The notes: generated by a model from the letters alone, not told the origin. Positions 39,758 to 51,521 are shown, numbered from the stretch's first letter. The stretch: DNA of 64,000 bases from Phycisphaerales bacterium (GCA_965227775.1 OZ245777.1:3104001-3168000), one strand, 5' to 3'. Translations and numbers: made by a program.

Positions 39758-40089
39758 GAGCCGACCTCCTTAAGGCGTTCGTGTCTCCGGCTCGTCGCGG
39801 GGCGCTGGCCCCTGTCCGAGTTCGCCGGCGGGCGTCGGCTCCTCCCTTCCGGAGCCGCATGCCCTGTCACGGTGGTTGTTGGGATTGGGCGCCCGTGGAT
39901 TTCATGACTCGCCGCGAATCTCGCCAACGGGCCCCTATCGCGGGTAACCGGACTTTCCCGTTTCCGAAAGAAGCAATGCGGGCGGCTGCCGGGCCCAATT
40001 TTGGATCATCCGGCCCGTCGGCACGTCATAATGGAGGGGGCGAGCGTTCCACCGCACCCCAGCGAATCGAGGACTCAGGGGATCCGTGG

Positions 40090-40845
40090 ATGCTGCATTC
40101 TGTCACCACAAGCTTTATCGGGCGACTCAGGAGCAACGACGAGGCCGCCTGGTTCGAATTGTGGGAGACCTTCGGGCCGGTCGTGCGCACCCAGCTCACT
40201 CGCTGGGGCAAGGGCCGCATCGGTGTTGAGACCGTGCGTGACCTCTCCCAGGAAACGCTGGCGGCCCTCAGCGACTCGATCGATCGCTACGACCCCAGCC
40301 GAGGCGCCCGATTCAGCACCTGGCTGCTCGCGATCGCCAAGCACGTGCTGGGCGACGAGATCGATCGACGCATGGCCCAGAAGCGCGGTTCGGGCAAGAA
40401 GGCCGTCGCCCTCGACGAACGCTGGGCGACCGTGCCCACGAGCATCGGGGCCGATGCCGAGTACGAGGCGGCCGTTTTTCGGGCCAAGATCGAGGCCGCG
40501 CTCCGCGCTGTCGAGCACGAAGCCGAGTTCGTTGACTTCTCGATCTACCGGATGCGTGTCCTGGACGGCATGACCGGACGGGACGTGGCCGCCCAGATCG
40601 GCGTGAGCGAGCCCACGGTCAGCCGCCGGCTGGCCAAGATCCGCGACATGGTCCGGGAGCGCTCCCGGGTCATGGTCCAGCAATTCAGCTTTACCGAAGA
40701 CGAACTTAGCGAGGCGGCGCGAAACGGGCTCGACCTGAATCCAACAAAGGCAGACGACGACCTGTTCGACGAGGCCATTGCCGAGATCTATCACCGGCAA
40801 GCCGAACTCCGACGGAGGGACGAACAGGCCGCATTGGACGGCTGA
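40090..40845 (+). CDS. ECF sigma-70 factor with acidic C-terminal extension
   Basis: TTSFIGRLR..DEAAW, DLSQE, YDPSRGARFSTWL, GRDVAAQIGVSEPTVSRRL; start position uncertain. Confidence 0.85.
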   Translation: MLHSVTTSFIGRLRSNDEAAWFELWETFGPVVRTQLTRWGKGRIGVETVRDLSQETLAALSDSIDRYDPSRGARFSTWLLAIAKHVLGDEIDRRMAQKRGSGKKAVALDERWATVPTSIGADAEYEAAVFRAKIEAALRAVEHEAEFVDFSIYRMRVLDGMTGRDVAAQIGVSEPTVSRRLAKIRDMVRERSRVMVQQFSFTEDELSEAARNGLDLNPTKADDDLFDEAIAEIYHRQAELRRRDEQAALDG

Positions 40846-40881
40846 CCGGCCATCCTCCCCCCGGCCAGCCAGGAGGCTCCG

Positions 40882-43173
40882 ATGACTACCCCGCTGCTGC
40901 TAATCCTCGCCGTCCTCTTGCTCCTGCCTGCGGCCGTCGTCATCATCGTCTACGCCATCAAGGCCTTCTCGTTCATCGTCAAGCGCGTGTTCGGGTTCGT
41001 CTTCGGCATGATCAGCGACGCGCTGCGCCTCATCGGCACGCTCATCGTCGTGCCCATCCTCAGCCTGCTCGTCGTCGCCAACATCGTCATCGGGCGCTGG
41101 TCGGCAGCCAGCCACTTTGGCAAGGGCGTGGCCGATGAGGTCCGCACCTTCGGCGCCGCGCTCTACCGCCTGTGCATCGGCCACCCGGCGCGGCTGCTCT
41201 GCCTGACGCCGCTCACCGAGGGCCTGGAGCGCCGCCTACCTGAGATCGTCGCGGCAGCTCCTGGGCCCGACAAGCCAAGCCGGCGTACCGGCGCGTTCGA
41301 TGGCTACGCGGTCACCGGCTCGCTGCCCGGCGGCGGCTCTGGCGGCAAGCTCTACCTGGCAACTCCCGACGAGCGCAAGCGCGGTTCATTCATGCGTCAG
41401 GGGCTGGGCGAGGTCGACCAGGTCGTCATCAAGTCGTTCCACTTGCGTGAGGGTTCGAGCCTGCCGCAGATCGTGCGCGAGAGCCGCAGCCTCGACGCGG
41501 CTCGCAAGATGGGCCTCGTGCTCGAGCACGAGCTGACCGACGAGCGGTTCTTCTACGTCATGCGATACGCACCTGGCGAGTCGCTAGCGCGCGTGACCCA
41601 GCAGATGCACGCCATGACGGGCGCCAAGGGGCTGAGCAAGCGCGACATGCGCACCGTGCTGGGCTACCAGCGCGATCTGCTGGACACGCTGTCCGCATAC
41701 CACTCTGGCGGTTTGTGGCACAAGGATGTCAAGCCCGACAACATCATCGTCGACGGCGACAAGGCCCGACTGGTCGACTTTGGGCTCATCACCCACCTGC
41801 GCTCGGCCATGACGCTCACCACGCACGGCACCGAGTACTTCCGCGACCCAGAGATGGTCCGCATGGCCCTCCGGGGCGTGAAGGTCAACGAGGTCGACGG
41901 CGAGCGCTTCGACGTGTATGCCGCTGGCGCCGTGCTGTACTCGATGATCGAGAACAGCTTCCCGGCCCACGGCGGACTCAGCCGAGTCAGCCAGCCCTGC
42001 CCCGAGGCGGTCCGATGGATCATCCGCCGTGCCATGACCGACTACGACAAGCGCTATCGCTCGGCCGGTGAGATGCTCGGCGACGTGCAGTATGTGCTGA
42101 CGTCGCAGGACATGTTCGCCATCAAGCCCGCCGAGCTGCCCAGCATGGGTGGCGGCGCCGCGATGGCGTCCGCCATGGACGCCGACGAGATCGAAGACCC
42201 ACGCGCCGTTTCGCCCGTGGCACATCACGCGCCTCCGCCGCCTCTGCCTCGCGGGGAAGACCAGGGCCAGAGCGAGGACGAGGGCCAGGCGGCTGTCCCA
42301 CAGCGGCGCATCCGCGTGATGAACTGGTGGTCGGGCAGCTTCACGGTGGGCGGTAAGGAGGCTAAGCCGCAAGCCGATGTGCCCGTCGATGTTGGTGCTC
42401 CCGCGCCCGCCTTCGTGCGTGCTGGCGCCCCGCTGCCAGGTGCGACCAAGCACCGCGCCGCAGCCGAGCAGCGCGCCGCCGCGCGCCAGCGAGCCCACGA
42501 CCGCCGCACGCGCGCACACCAGCGTCGCCGCCAGATCACCGGCAGGGGCGGCAAGTCCGGTGGCGGCGCCCGATTTGGCGTCGGCCTTGCCATCATCCTC
42601 GTGGTTATGCCCGCCATCGCCGCGGGCCTGATCACGCTGCGTTTCGCAAACTCAGGCCCCCAGTACACACACACCATCAGCGTGCCGGACGCGCCCGATG
42701 CACCGAAGCCGCTTGCCGAATCGCGTCGCATCGGTTCGCCAGAAGAGCTCGCCGAAGAACTCCGCCACGCCGTCCGTCTGTCGGCCGAGCACAAGGGCAC
42801 CGTCGACGGCACGCTCCTGGTTGTTCGCGACGCAACCGGGCTGAGCCTGGAGCAGCGGGCGGTGCTCGAGCATCGGCTCGCTGCGCTCCGCGCCGCCGGC
42901 GTCCGCGTGCTGGATGCGCACAACGCCGACTCGGACGAGCTCTCGCACGTTACCGAGTTGCTCGCCACGCTTCGCAGCTACGTCGGCATGAACGATCCGC
43001 GCACCTCGTCGGGCAGCAAGCTGCTTGGCGAGTGGATCCGCGAGGCCGAGGGTGTCGACGCGATCTACTGGATCGCAGCCGATGAGCGCGATGCTACGAG
43101 CGCAACCACCATAACGGGGGCGCGAGGCGACGCGGGCGAAACGATCATCAATGCGATCCGCCGCCTGCCCTGA
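40882..43173 (+). CDS. Hanks-type Ser/Thr protein kinase with N-terminal TM segments, an internal TM and a C-terminal domain
   Basis: GGGSGG loop, VVIK, HKDVKPDN, DFG, GTEYFRDPE, DVYAAG; AGGAGG RBS. Confidence 0.88.
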   Translation: MTTPLLLILAVLLLLPAAVVIIVYAIKAFSFIVKRVFGFVFGMISDALRLIGTLIVVPILSLLVVANIVIGRWSAASHFGKGVADEVRTFGAALYRLCIGHPARLLCLTPLTEGLERRLPEIVAAAPGPDKPSRRTGAFDGYAVTGSLPGGGSGGKLYLATPDERKRGSFMRQGLGEVDQVVIKSFHLREGSSLPQIVRESRSLDAARKMGLVLEHELTDERFFYVMRYAPGESLARVTQQMHAMTGAKGLSKRDMRTVLGYQRDLLDTLSAYHSGGLWHKDVKPDNIIVDGDKARLVDFGLITHLRSAMTLTTHGTEYFRDPEMVRMALRGVKVNEVDGERFDVYAAGAVLYSMIENSFPAHGGLSRVSQPCPEAVRWIIRRAMTDYDKRYRSAGEMLGDVQYVLTSQDMFAIKPAELPSMGGGAAMASAMDADEIEDPRAVSPVAHHAPPPPLPRGEDQGQSEDEGQAAVPQRRIRVMNWWSGSFTVGGKEAKPQADVPVDVGAPAPAFVRAGAPLPGATKHRAAAEQRAAARQRAHDRRTRAHQRRRQITGRGGKSGGGARFGVGLAIILVVMPAIAAGLITLRFANSGPQYTHTISVPDAPDAPKPLAESRRIGSPEELAEELRHAVRLSAEHKGTVDGTLLVVRDATGLSLEQRAVLEHRLAALRAAGVRVLDAHNADSDELSHVTELLATLRSYVGMNDPRTSSGSKLLGEWIREAEGVDAIYWIAADERDATSATTITGARGDAGETIINAIRRLP

Positions 43174-43179
43174 CGCCCA

Positions 43180-43986
43180 TCAATCAGCCTCGACTGGCTT
43201 CGGCTGGGCACCCGAGACTTTCTCGAGCGCCCGCTGCGCGATATAGCCGATGACGCCGAGCACGGCAAACGTGATGGCCAGCGCGATGATGATCTCCACC
43301 GGTTCGCGCTTGAAAAGGTCGACGAGGTTGTCGCCCCGCTTGGCACCCTCCGATGCCAGCCATACCGCCGCGAACGTCCGCGGCGCCATACCGAGGGCGG
43401 TGCCGATCACGTACGGCACGAGCCTGACGCCCGAGGCGGCCATCGCCAGATTCGTGAGTGCGAACGGCGAGTTTGGCGGCACGCGGATGAGCGATACGAT
43501 TGCGGTCGTCCGCAGCATGCCGTGCCCGATGAGCGCATCGCGCACTGCTCGAGCCTTCGGGCTCTCGTCGATCATCTTCTCGACCCGACGCTTGGAGATC
43601 GTCCGCGCGATGGTGTAGCCGATGAGCGAGGCACCGACGAAGCCCGCCCACGCGGCGAGGAAGCCCACGACCGGACCGAACGCCCAGCCGCCGAGCAACG
43701 CCTGCGAGTACGTCGGCAGTGCGCCGAACCCAGCGCTGAACATAAAGAGCACCGAGTACAGCACCACGCCCAGGAGTTGGTGCGTCTCGAGCCAGCCCGA
43801 AATGTCACCGATGAACGCGAGCAGCAGGAAACCGCCCAGCGGCGGCATCGCCGTCCACGCGATCGCGAGGAATCCCGCCGGCCCCAATCGCTTGAAGAAG
43901 GAGACCAGCCCCTCCTTCTGGGGTTCGTCGCCGGCGTGCTCTGGCTTGGGTTGCTCGGCGTCGCTCGGTTGGTCGGGCTTGCTCAT
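43180..43986 (-). CDS. VTT/DedA (TVP38/TMEM64) family membrane protein
   Basis: LGGWAFG, GASLIGY, LIRVPP.SPFA.TN, GT.LGMAP. Confidence 0.85.
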   Translation of the reverse strand: MSKPDQPSDAEQPKPEHAGDEPQKEGLVSFFKRLGPAGFLAIAWTAMPPLGGFLLLAFIGDISGWLETHQLLGVVLYSVLFMFSAGFGALPTYSQALLGGWAFGPVVGFLAAWAGFVGASLIGYTIARTISKRRVEKMIDESPKARAVRDALIGHGMLRTTAIVSLIRVPPNSPFALTNLAMAASGVRLVPYVIGTALGMAPRTFAAVWLASEGAKRGDNLVDLFKREPVEIIIALAITFAVLGVIGYIAQRALEKVSGAQPKPVEAD

Positions 43987-44123
43987 GGCCCAGCGTACGC
44001 GGCAATTCCACGGCGCGGCATCGCCTACCCTCGCTGGTTGTCGAGAAACCCCGCGCCGGTCGGCCAACCCGCCGCCCCGGCGCCTTTCCCGCCCGTCCGA
44101 TCGGGCCGAGGTCCTCCGTTCGA

Positions 44124-45044
44124 ATGCTGCCCAAGCCCCCCCCGCGTGAGCCCTCGCTGGGCTTCATCTACTCGCCGCCCTATCGCATCCAGGGCATCTC
44201 CATCGCTGGCGAGGCGACCGCCATCCAGATTCCCGAGCTCGACGTCTGCTTCGACATGGGCGCGTGCCCGCGGCCGATGCTCGCCAGCCCGATCTGCGCG
44301 CTGAGCCACGGCCACATGGACCACGTCGGAGGCCTGGCGTACTACCTCAGCCAGCGGCAGTTCCAGGGCATGGGCACCGGCGCGATCGCCTGCGACGCGC
44401 GCATCGAGGGCGACATCCGCCGCATGCTCGAGGGCTACGTCGGCCTCGAACGCCAGCGCACACCGTTCGAGATCTACCCACTCGAGGACGGCCAGAGCCA
44501 CCCGCTCAAGCCCAACCACTTCCTCCGCGGCTTCCACACCGAGCACACGGCCCCCTCCATGGGCTACGTGGTCTACGAGAAGCGCACCAAGCTCAAAGAA
44601 GACTTCGTCGGGCTACCCCAGGAGAAGCTCGTTGAGCTGAAGAAGCGCGGCGAGGAGATCACCCGCAGCTTCGAGGTTCCGCTGGTGGCCTACACGGGGG
44701 ACACGCTGCCCGGCGCCCACCTGCTGCGCTCGGACATTCGCGAGGCTCGCGTCGTCATCGCCGAGTGCACGTTCTTCGAGAAAGGCCACCACAAGCGGTC
44801 GCGCATCGGCATGCACATGCACGTGGACGACATCGTCCAGTGGCTTCCGCTCTTGAATTGTCAGACTCTGATCTTGGGGCACATCTCTCGCCGCACGCAA
44901 CTAGGGGATGTTCGCCAGGCGCTCGAGGAGCGGCTCGACCCCGAGCAACTTTCACGAGTACGGGTGCTCATGGACCACCGCGCGAACCGTCACGAGTACG
45001 AGCGGCTCGTTGCCGAGTCGAACGAAGAGTCCGACGAAAAGTAG
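44124..45044 (+). CDS. MBL-fold hydrolase, RNase Z (tRNase Z)-like
   Basis: FDMG, SHGHMDH, H..PSMGY, KLK exosite, YTGDT, ECTF, H.S.R. Confidence 0.75.
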   Translation: MLPKPPPREPSLGFIYSPPYRIQGISIAGEATAIQIPELDVCFDMGACPRPMLASPICALSHGHMDHVGGLAYYLSQRQFQGMGTGAIACDARIEGDIRRMLEGYVGLERQRTPFEIYPLEDGQSHPLKPNHFLRGFHTEHTAPSMGYVVYEKRTKLKEDFVGLPQEKLVELKKRGEEITRSFEVPLVAYTGDTLPGAHLLRSDIREARVVIAECTFFEKGHHKRSRIGMHMHVDDIVQWLPLLNCQTLILGHISRRTQLGDVRQALEERLDPEQLSRVRVLMDHRANRHEYERLVAESNEESDEK

Positions 45045-45094
45045 TGCTACGAACGCGCCAGCGGCCTTCGGCTCCGGTCGCATGTCGGAAGTGG

Positions 45095-45123
45095 TTGACA
45101 CGCTCGGCGAATTGTGGTATCTT
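45095..45123 (+). promoter_or_regulatory. Near-consensus sigma70 promoter upstream of dnaA
   Basis: TTGACA-N17-TATCTT with TGn extended -10. Confidence 0.7.
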
Positions 45124-45255
45124 GATGCCCGCGTCCGTTCGAGCGGTGGGAACCCGGGCCACCCGTGACCGTGCAGGCAGAATCAGCCGCGGAAGCGGCG
45201 ACGCTGTCTTGTGCCCACCGCCGAACAAGGAACCGACGCCGACTGGGGTGCCTTC

Positions 45256-46626
<1,371 letters not shown>

Positions 46627-46666
46627 TTACGCTCGGGTATGGAGCAAGCGGTTTCGAGCCGGGCGA

Positions 46667-47299
46667 TTAGTCGTCCGTCTCGTGGTGCGCCACGCGGGGC
46701 ATGTTCTCGAGGACCTTGTCGATCAGTCCGTACTTGATCATCTCCTGATCATCGAGCCACAGGTTGCGATCGCAGTCGCGCTCGATCTTGTCCTTGTCCT
46801 GCCCCGTCGCGTCGGCGTAGATCTGGTACAGCCGCTCGCGGAGGCGGATGATCTCCTTGGCCTCGATCTCCAGGTCGGTCGCCTGACCCTCCATGACGCC
46901 GCCGATGAGCGGCTGGTGCATGAGGTTGCGGCTGTTGCGAAGGCAGTACCGCTTACCCTTCGCGCCGCTGGCAGCGATCACCGAGCCCATGCTGGAGGCT
47001 TGGCCGATGATGTACGTGCACACGTCGGGCTGGATGAAGTTCATCGTATCGATGATGCCCAGGCCGCTGGTGACGCTGCCGCCGGGCGAGTTGACGTACA
47101 GGTGCACGTCGCTCTCGGGGTCTTCGTTTGCCAGGAAGAGCAGCTGGGCGACGATGAGGTTGGCCATGTCGTCCATCACCGGCCCACCCAGGAAGATGAT
47201 CCTGTCCTTGAGCAGGCGCGAGTAGATGTCGTACGACCGCTCTCCGCGACCGGTCTTCTCGATGACGATGGGCACCAGGTAGTTCGATTCAACGCTCAT
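46667..47299 (-). CDS. clpP: ATP-dependent Clp protease proteolytic subunit (triad Asp replaced by Asn)
   Basis: [34 protein letters not shown]. Confidence 0.93.
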   Translation of the reverse strand: MSVESNYLVPIVIEKTGRGERSYDIYSRLLKDRIIFLGGPVMDDMANLIVAQLLFLANEDPESDVHLYVNSPGGSVTSGLGIIDTMNFIQPDVCTYIIGQASSMGSVIAASGAKGKRYCLRNSRNLMHQPLIGGVMEGQATDLEIEAKEIIRLRERLYQIYADATGQDKDKIERDCDRNLWLDDQEMIKYGLIDKVLENMPRVAHHETDD

Positions 47300-47371
47300 T
47301 GGCGGGTATCTCCGGCTTGGGTTGGTCTTCTACGGTCAGCGGCAAGACGGGGTGCTGGAAGTCGCGTCGGC

Positions 47372-47956
47372 TCAGCCGCCGGACTTCTTCGTGTGCTGGA
47401 GCACCTCGTCGACGATGCCGTAGGCCTTGGCCTCTTCGGCGCTGAAGTACTTGTCGCGCTCGCTATCGCGCTGGATGGTCTCGGCGTCCTGACCGGTATG
47501 GCTCGCCAGGATGTCGTTGAGCGCACGCTTGCTCTTGATAATCTGCTCGGCTTGCAGGCGGATGTCCTCGGCCTGCCCCGTGATCCCGCCGTAGGGCTGG
47601 TGGATCATGACCTTGGCGTGCGGCAGGATGTACCGCTTGCCCTTCTCGCCCGCGGTGAGGAGCACCGCGCCGCCCGAGTACGCCCGGCCGATGCAATACG
47701 TCGCCACCGGGCTGGAAAGGAACTGCATGGTGTCGTAGATGGCAAGCGTGTCGTCGACCGCACCGCCGGGGCTGTTGATGTAGAAGTTGATCTGCTGGCC
47801 TCGCTTCTGGTCTTCGAGGTACAGCATCTGCATCATGACGCGGGCCGCCGAGGCAAAGTTGATCTCACCGATCAGGAAGACGACCCGGTTCTCGAGCAAG
47901 AGCTCGTCGATGGTCATCTCACGCGTGCGCTGGTAGGAAACTGCCGATGCGGGCAT
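47372..47956 (-). CDS. clpP: ATP-dependent Clp protease proteolytic subunit (second paralog, intact triad)
   Basis: INSPGG, AYSGG, IHQP, SERDKYF. Confidence 0.93.
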   Translation of the reverse strand: MPASAVSYQRTREMTIDELLLENRVVFLIGEINFASAARVMMQMLYLEDQKRGQQINFYINSPGGAVDDTLAIYDTMQFLSSPVATYCIGRAYSGGAVLLTAGEKGKRYILPHAKVMIHQPYGGITGQAEDIRLQAEQIIKSKRALNDILASHTGQDAETIQRDSERDKYFSAEEAKAYGIVDEVLQHTKKSGG

Positions 47957-48386
47957 GGGCGGACCTTCTCCTCTCTAGAAGCCGACGCGAGGCCGACCCG
48001 TATCCGTGTAAATACCGACCGGCCTGGGCTGCTGCCCGCCGATCGGGGTGGAGGCTTCCCGACAAGCCGTTCATCGGCTCGCCAGCTTGCCGGCTGCAAG
48101 CGATGGGCCAGTTTGCCCACCAATCCCAGACGCCCCAAGGCGACTCGGCTCGCCGACGCAGCCCATATCGGCCGGAAGCCCCCGCCCAGTTCGGTCATCG
48201 GCGTGTCACCGGCCCGCCGATCTGGCAGCGAAGGCCTTCCCCGGGGATGTCGCGGACCCGATCAGCCACCGACGGCCGGTAATGGCCTTGGGGCCATCGG
48301 TTCCGTACACTCCCGCCCACTGCGGTCCCAGCAGGGTTCCGTGGGGCCTTGGAAGCCGGCGGGCTTGCCCGCGGAGGATGTGTTCA

Positions 48387-49163
48387 TTGCCGACCGCCGT
48401 GATCAGCGACATGCACGGAAACGCCACCGCGCTGCGGGCCGTGCTGGCCGACATCGAGGCCAAGGGCGTTGATCGCATCGTCTGCCTGGGCGACATCGTG
48501 GGCTATGGCCCCGAGCCGCTGGCGTGCGTCGACCTTGTTCGCGAACGCTGCGCCTGGTCGCTCATGGGCAACCACGACTTTGCCGTGCTCTACGAGCCCA
48601 CCAATTTCAACCCTATGGCAGCCGGCTCGGCCTATTGGACACGCGAGCAGTTCGACGCCGAACCCGACGAGGCCAAGCGAACCGAGCGGTACAACTTTCT
48701 GGGCCGTCTCCGCGTCCGCGTGGCCGACGCCGATTCTCCGCTGAAGGCACCGCTGTTGGCCGTCCACGGCTCGCCCCGCCGGCCCATCAACGAGTACATC
48801 TTCGATAAGGACGTCCGAGACGCGCCCGAGAAGCTCGAGGCCATTTTCGAGCGATTTGAGGGCGCCTGCGTCGTGGGCCACACCCACGTGCCGGGCGTCT
48901 TCACCGACGAGCCCGATTTCTATCCGCCCGACGAACTCGGCGAGTCGGGCTTCAAGCTACGCGAGGGCGAACAGATCATCATTAACGTGGGCTCGGTTGG
49001 CCAGCCACGCGACGGCGACCCCCGCGCCTGCTACGCGATGCTGCACGAGGATCGCGTCGAATTCCACCGCGTCGAGTACGACATCCAGGACACCGCCGAC
49101 AAGATCAAGGCCATCGCCGAGCTCGACGACTACCTGGGCGATCGCCTCTTTGGCGGGCAATAG
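48387..49163 (+). CDS. Calcineurin-like metallophosphoesterase
   Basis: SDMHGN, LGDIVGYG, GNHD, HGSP, GHTH, NVGSVGQPRD; TTG start after GGAGG. Confidence 0.9.
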   Translation: MPTAVISDMHGNATALRAVLADIEAKGVDRIVCLGDIVGYGPEPLACVDLVRERCAWSLMGNHDFAVLYEPTNFNPMAAGSAYWTREQFDAEPDEAKRTERYNFLGRLRVRVADADSPLKAPLLAVHGSPRRPINEYIFDKDVRDAPEKLEAIFERFEGACVVGHTHVPGVFTDEPDFYPPDELGESGFKLREGEQIIINVGSVGQPRDGDPRACYAMLHEDRVEFHRVEYDIQDTADKIKAIAELDDYLGDRLFGGQ

Positions 49164-49169
49164 AGACCC

Positions 49170-51503
49170 ATGGCAGCACCGACAAAGAGCATCGCTCGAA
49201 TCCTGATCCCCCTGTCGATCCTCGTTGCCGTCGGCCTGCTCATCGTGGTGCCGATGTTCAATCAGGCCGGCACCGGCACACCCGGCCAGCAGAGCCAGCA
49301 GCAGCAGGCACCGCAGCAGCAGCCGGAGTCTCCAGCATCGCCAGACTCCACAGATGCTCCGCCTGCGAGCGCTGAACAATCCGACGAGCAGCCCGCCGAC
49401 GGCGAGGCCGCCGCGTCGGGTGAGCAACCGTCGGACGAGCCCATCGATCTGCCCGAGCAAGCCACCCCGAGCACGACGCCGGGCGCCACACCTGGCACCG
49501 CGGAAAGCTACCGCGTGCTCCCCGCCGTCGACACCGAAGCGGCCATGCAACCAACCCGCGTCGGCGGCGTCGACCCCGAGTCGTTCAAGCTCGAGCTCTC
49601 CTTCTCGCCGCTCGGCGCTGGCGTGCAGCGCATCGAGCTGGCCGACTACTCGCGAAAGCTTGGCTCGGCCGACCCCGTGCCCGTGCAGGAAGCCTGGAAC
49701 CTCCCCACCGTCACCGGCGGCACGGTCCGCATCGTGCCGTTCGCCGCCGTCGCGGTCGAGATCAACGGACAGCGCGTGCCGATCTACACGGCCCTCGACG
49801 ACGCCGGAGTGGTGCAGCCCGCGTGGAACCAGGTCGAGCCCGGGCGATTCGAAGCGACCATCGCCGACGCTCAGGGCACGCCCGTGCTCACGCTCGAGCG
49901 ACACTACCAGGCCGACGGCACGAGCCACGACTTCACGCTGCAGCACTCGGCCCGCAACCTGACCGACCAGCCCATGCGTGTCCGCTGGATCACCTTCGGC
50001 CCAGCGCAGCTCTACCAGGAAAGCCAGGGCTACGGCGGCGACAAGCGGCGCGTGCGTTTCGGGTTCGTCGAACCGGGCAACCCCGGCTTCGTGGTCGGTG
50101 GCGACTACATGGAGACCATCGGCGGCGTCTCGGGCAAGCGCGACAAGCAGACCGGGCGCTACGAGGCCTCGCAACAACTCTGGCCCACCACCAAGGCGGA
50201 GAACAACGGCAACAGGCTCGCGTGGGCAGGCCTAACGAACCGCTACTTCGGCGTGGCGATTCACGGCGTTGCTGAGGGCGACACACCGAGCACGTCGATC
50301 CCGCTGCTCACGCCCGTGGAGTCGGTGTCTCGCGTCCTGCTCGATCCGGCCGCCCGACCCAACGAGCCCAACTACGTGCTCGGCCTCGAGGTGACGAGCC
50401 CCGCGTACGAAGTGGACGCGGGCGCCGCCTCCGAGCACCAGATTGGCATCTACGCGGGCCCGCTCTCACGCTCGCTCATCTCATCGAACCCGTCGGCCGA
50501 GGCAGTCATGCTGCGGCAGTTGGTGCAGTACACCTTCGGCGGGCCCTGCGGATTCTGCACGTTCCCGTGGCTTGCCCACATCCTGGTTTGGCTGCTGAAC
50601 CTCATCCACGACTACGTCACGTTCGACTGGGCGCTGGCGATCGTCGTGCTGGTGCTCATCGTGCGCACCGTGCTCCACCCGGTGACAAAGTGGAGCCAGA
50701 TCCGCGTGCAGCGATTCAGCCATCAGATGCAACAGATGGCGCCCAAGCAGAAGAAGATCCAGGAGAAGTACAAGAGCGACCCCAAGCGGATGCAGGCCGA
50801 GATGGCCAAGCTCTGGCGCGAGGAAGGCATCAACCCCGCCGGCATGCTGGGCTGCCTGCCCATGTTCCTCCAGACGCCAGTCTGGATCGCGCTCTACGCG
50901 TCTCTCTACTTCGCCATCGAATTGCGCCACGAGGCGGGCTTCTTTGGCGTGTTCCAGTTGCTCGGCGGCTGGCCCTTCCTGGCCGACCTCGCCCAGCCCG
51001 ACAGCGCCATCCCGCTGCCGCAGGCGATGCACTTCGCGCTGCCTCTCATGGGCACGATCACGGCGATCAACGTGCTGCCGTTGCTGCTGGGTGTCGTGTT
51101 CTTCGTGCAGCAGAAGTACATGATGCCGCCGCCCACCGCCACCATGACGCCCGAGCAGCAGGCCCAGCAGCGCATGATGAAGGTCATGATGGTGGTGATG
51201 TTCCCGATCTTCATGTACAACGCGCCCAGCGGCCTGGCGGTCTACTTCATCGCGAATTCGGCGCTGGGCATCATCGAGATGCGCTACATCCGCGCACACA
51301 TCAACAAGAACGACCTGCTGACGCCCAAGCAACGCGACCCGGGCAAGAAGACCTACATGCAGCGTCTCATGGAGCGTGCCCAGCAGCGTCAGGAGATGAT
51401 GCAAGCAGCCCGCGGCCAGGGACCCGTGAAGGGTCCGACCAGCGGCGCGCTCGGCGCCCGCCGCAAAAAGACCGAGAACCGCCGCAAGGGCCGCCGCCCC
51501 TAA
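49170..51503 (+). CDS. yidC: Membrane protein insertase YidC (long form)
   Basis: WAG..NRYF, W.LAIVVL..VR..L.P, GCLPMFLQ.P, LRH, DLA.PD, PSGLAVYF..N. Confidence 0.93.
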   Translation: MAAPTKSIARILIPLSILVAVGLLIVVPMFNQAGTGTPGQQSQQQQAPQQQPESPASPDSTDAPPASAEQSDEQPADGEAAASGEQPSDEPIDLPEQATPSTTPGATPGTAESYRVLPAVDTEAAMQPTRVGGVDPESFKLELSFSPLGAGVQRIELADYSRKLGSADPVPVQEAWNLPTVTGGTVRIVPFAAVAVEINGQRVPIYTALDDAGVVQPAWNQVEPGRFEATIADAQGTPVLTLERHYQADGTSHDFTLQHSARNLTDQPMRVRWITFGPAQLYQESQGYGGDKRRVRFGFVEPGNPGFVVGGDYMETIGGVSGKRDKQTGRYEASQQLWPTTKAENNGNRLAWAGLTNRYFGVAIHGVAEGDTPSTSIPLLTPVESVSRVLLDPAARPNEPNYVLGLEVTSPAYEVDAGAASEHQIGIYAGPLSRSLISSNPSAEAVMLRQLVQYTFGGPCGFCTFPWLAHILVWLLNLIHDYVTFDWALAIVVLVLIVRTVLHPVTKWSQIRVQRFSHQMQQMAPKQKKIQEKYKSDPKRMQAEMAKLWREEGINPAGMLGCLPMFLQTPVWIALYASLYFAIELRHEAGFFGVFQLLGGWPFLADLAQPDSAIPLPQAMHFALPLMGTITAINVLPLLLGVVFFVQQKYMMPPPTATMTPEQQAQQRMMKVMMVVMFPIFMYNAPSGLAVYFIANSALGIIEMRYIRAHINKNDLLTPKQRDPGKKTYMQRLMERAQQRQEMMQAARGQGPVKGPTSGALGARRKKTENRRKGRRP

Positions 51504-51521
51504 CCCCGCCGGTCTGGCTCG

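Noticed and set aside
47957..48386. 430-nt divergent gap and the long N-terminal extension of ORF 48048
   Set aside because: The extension is low-complexity and an RBS supports the start at 48387; no RNA structure or motif could be supported
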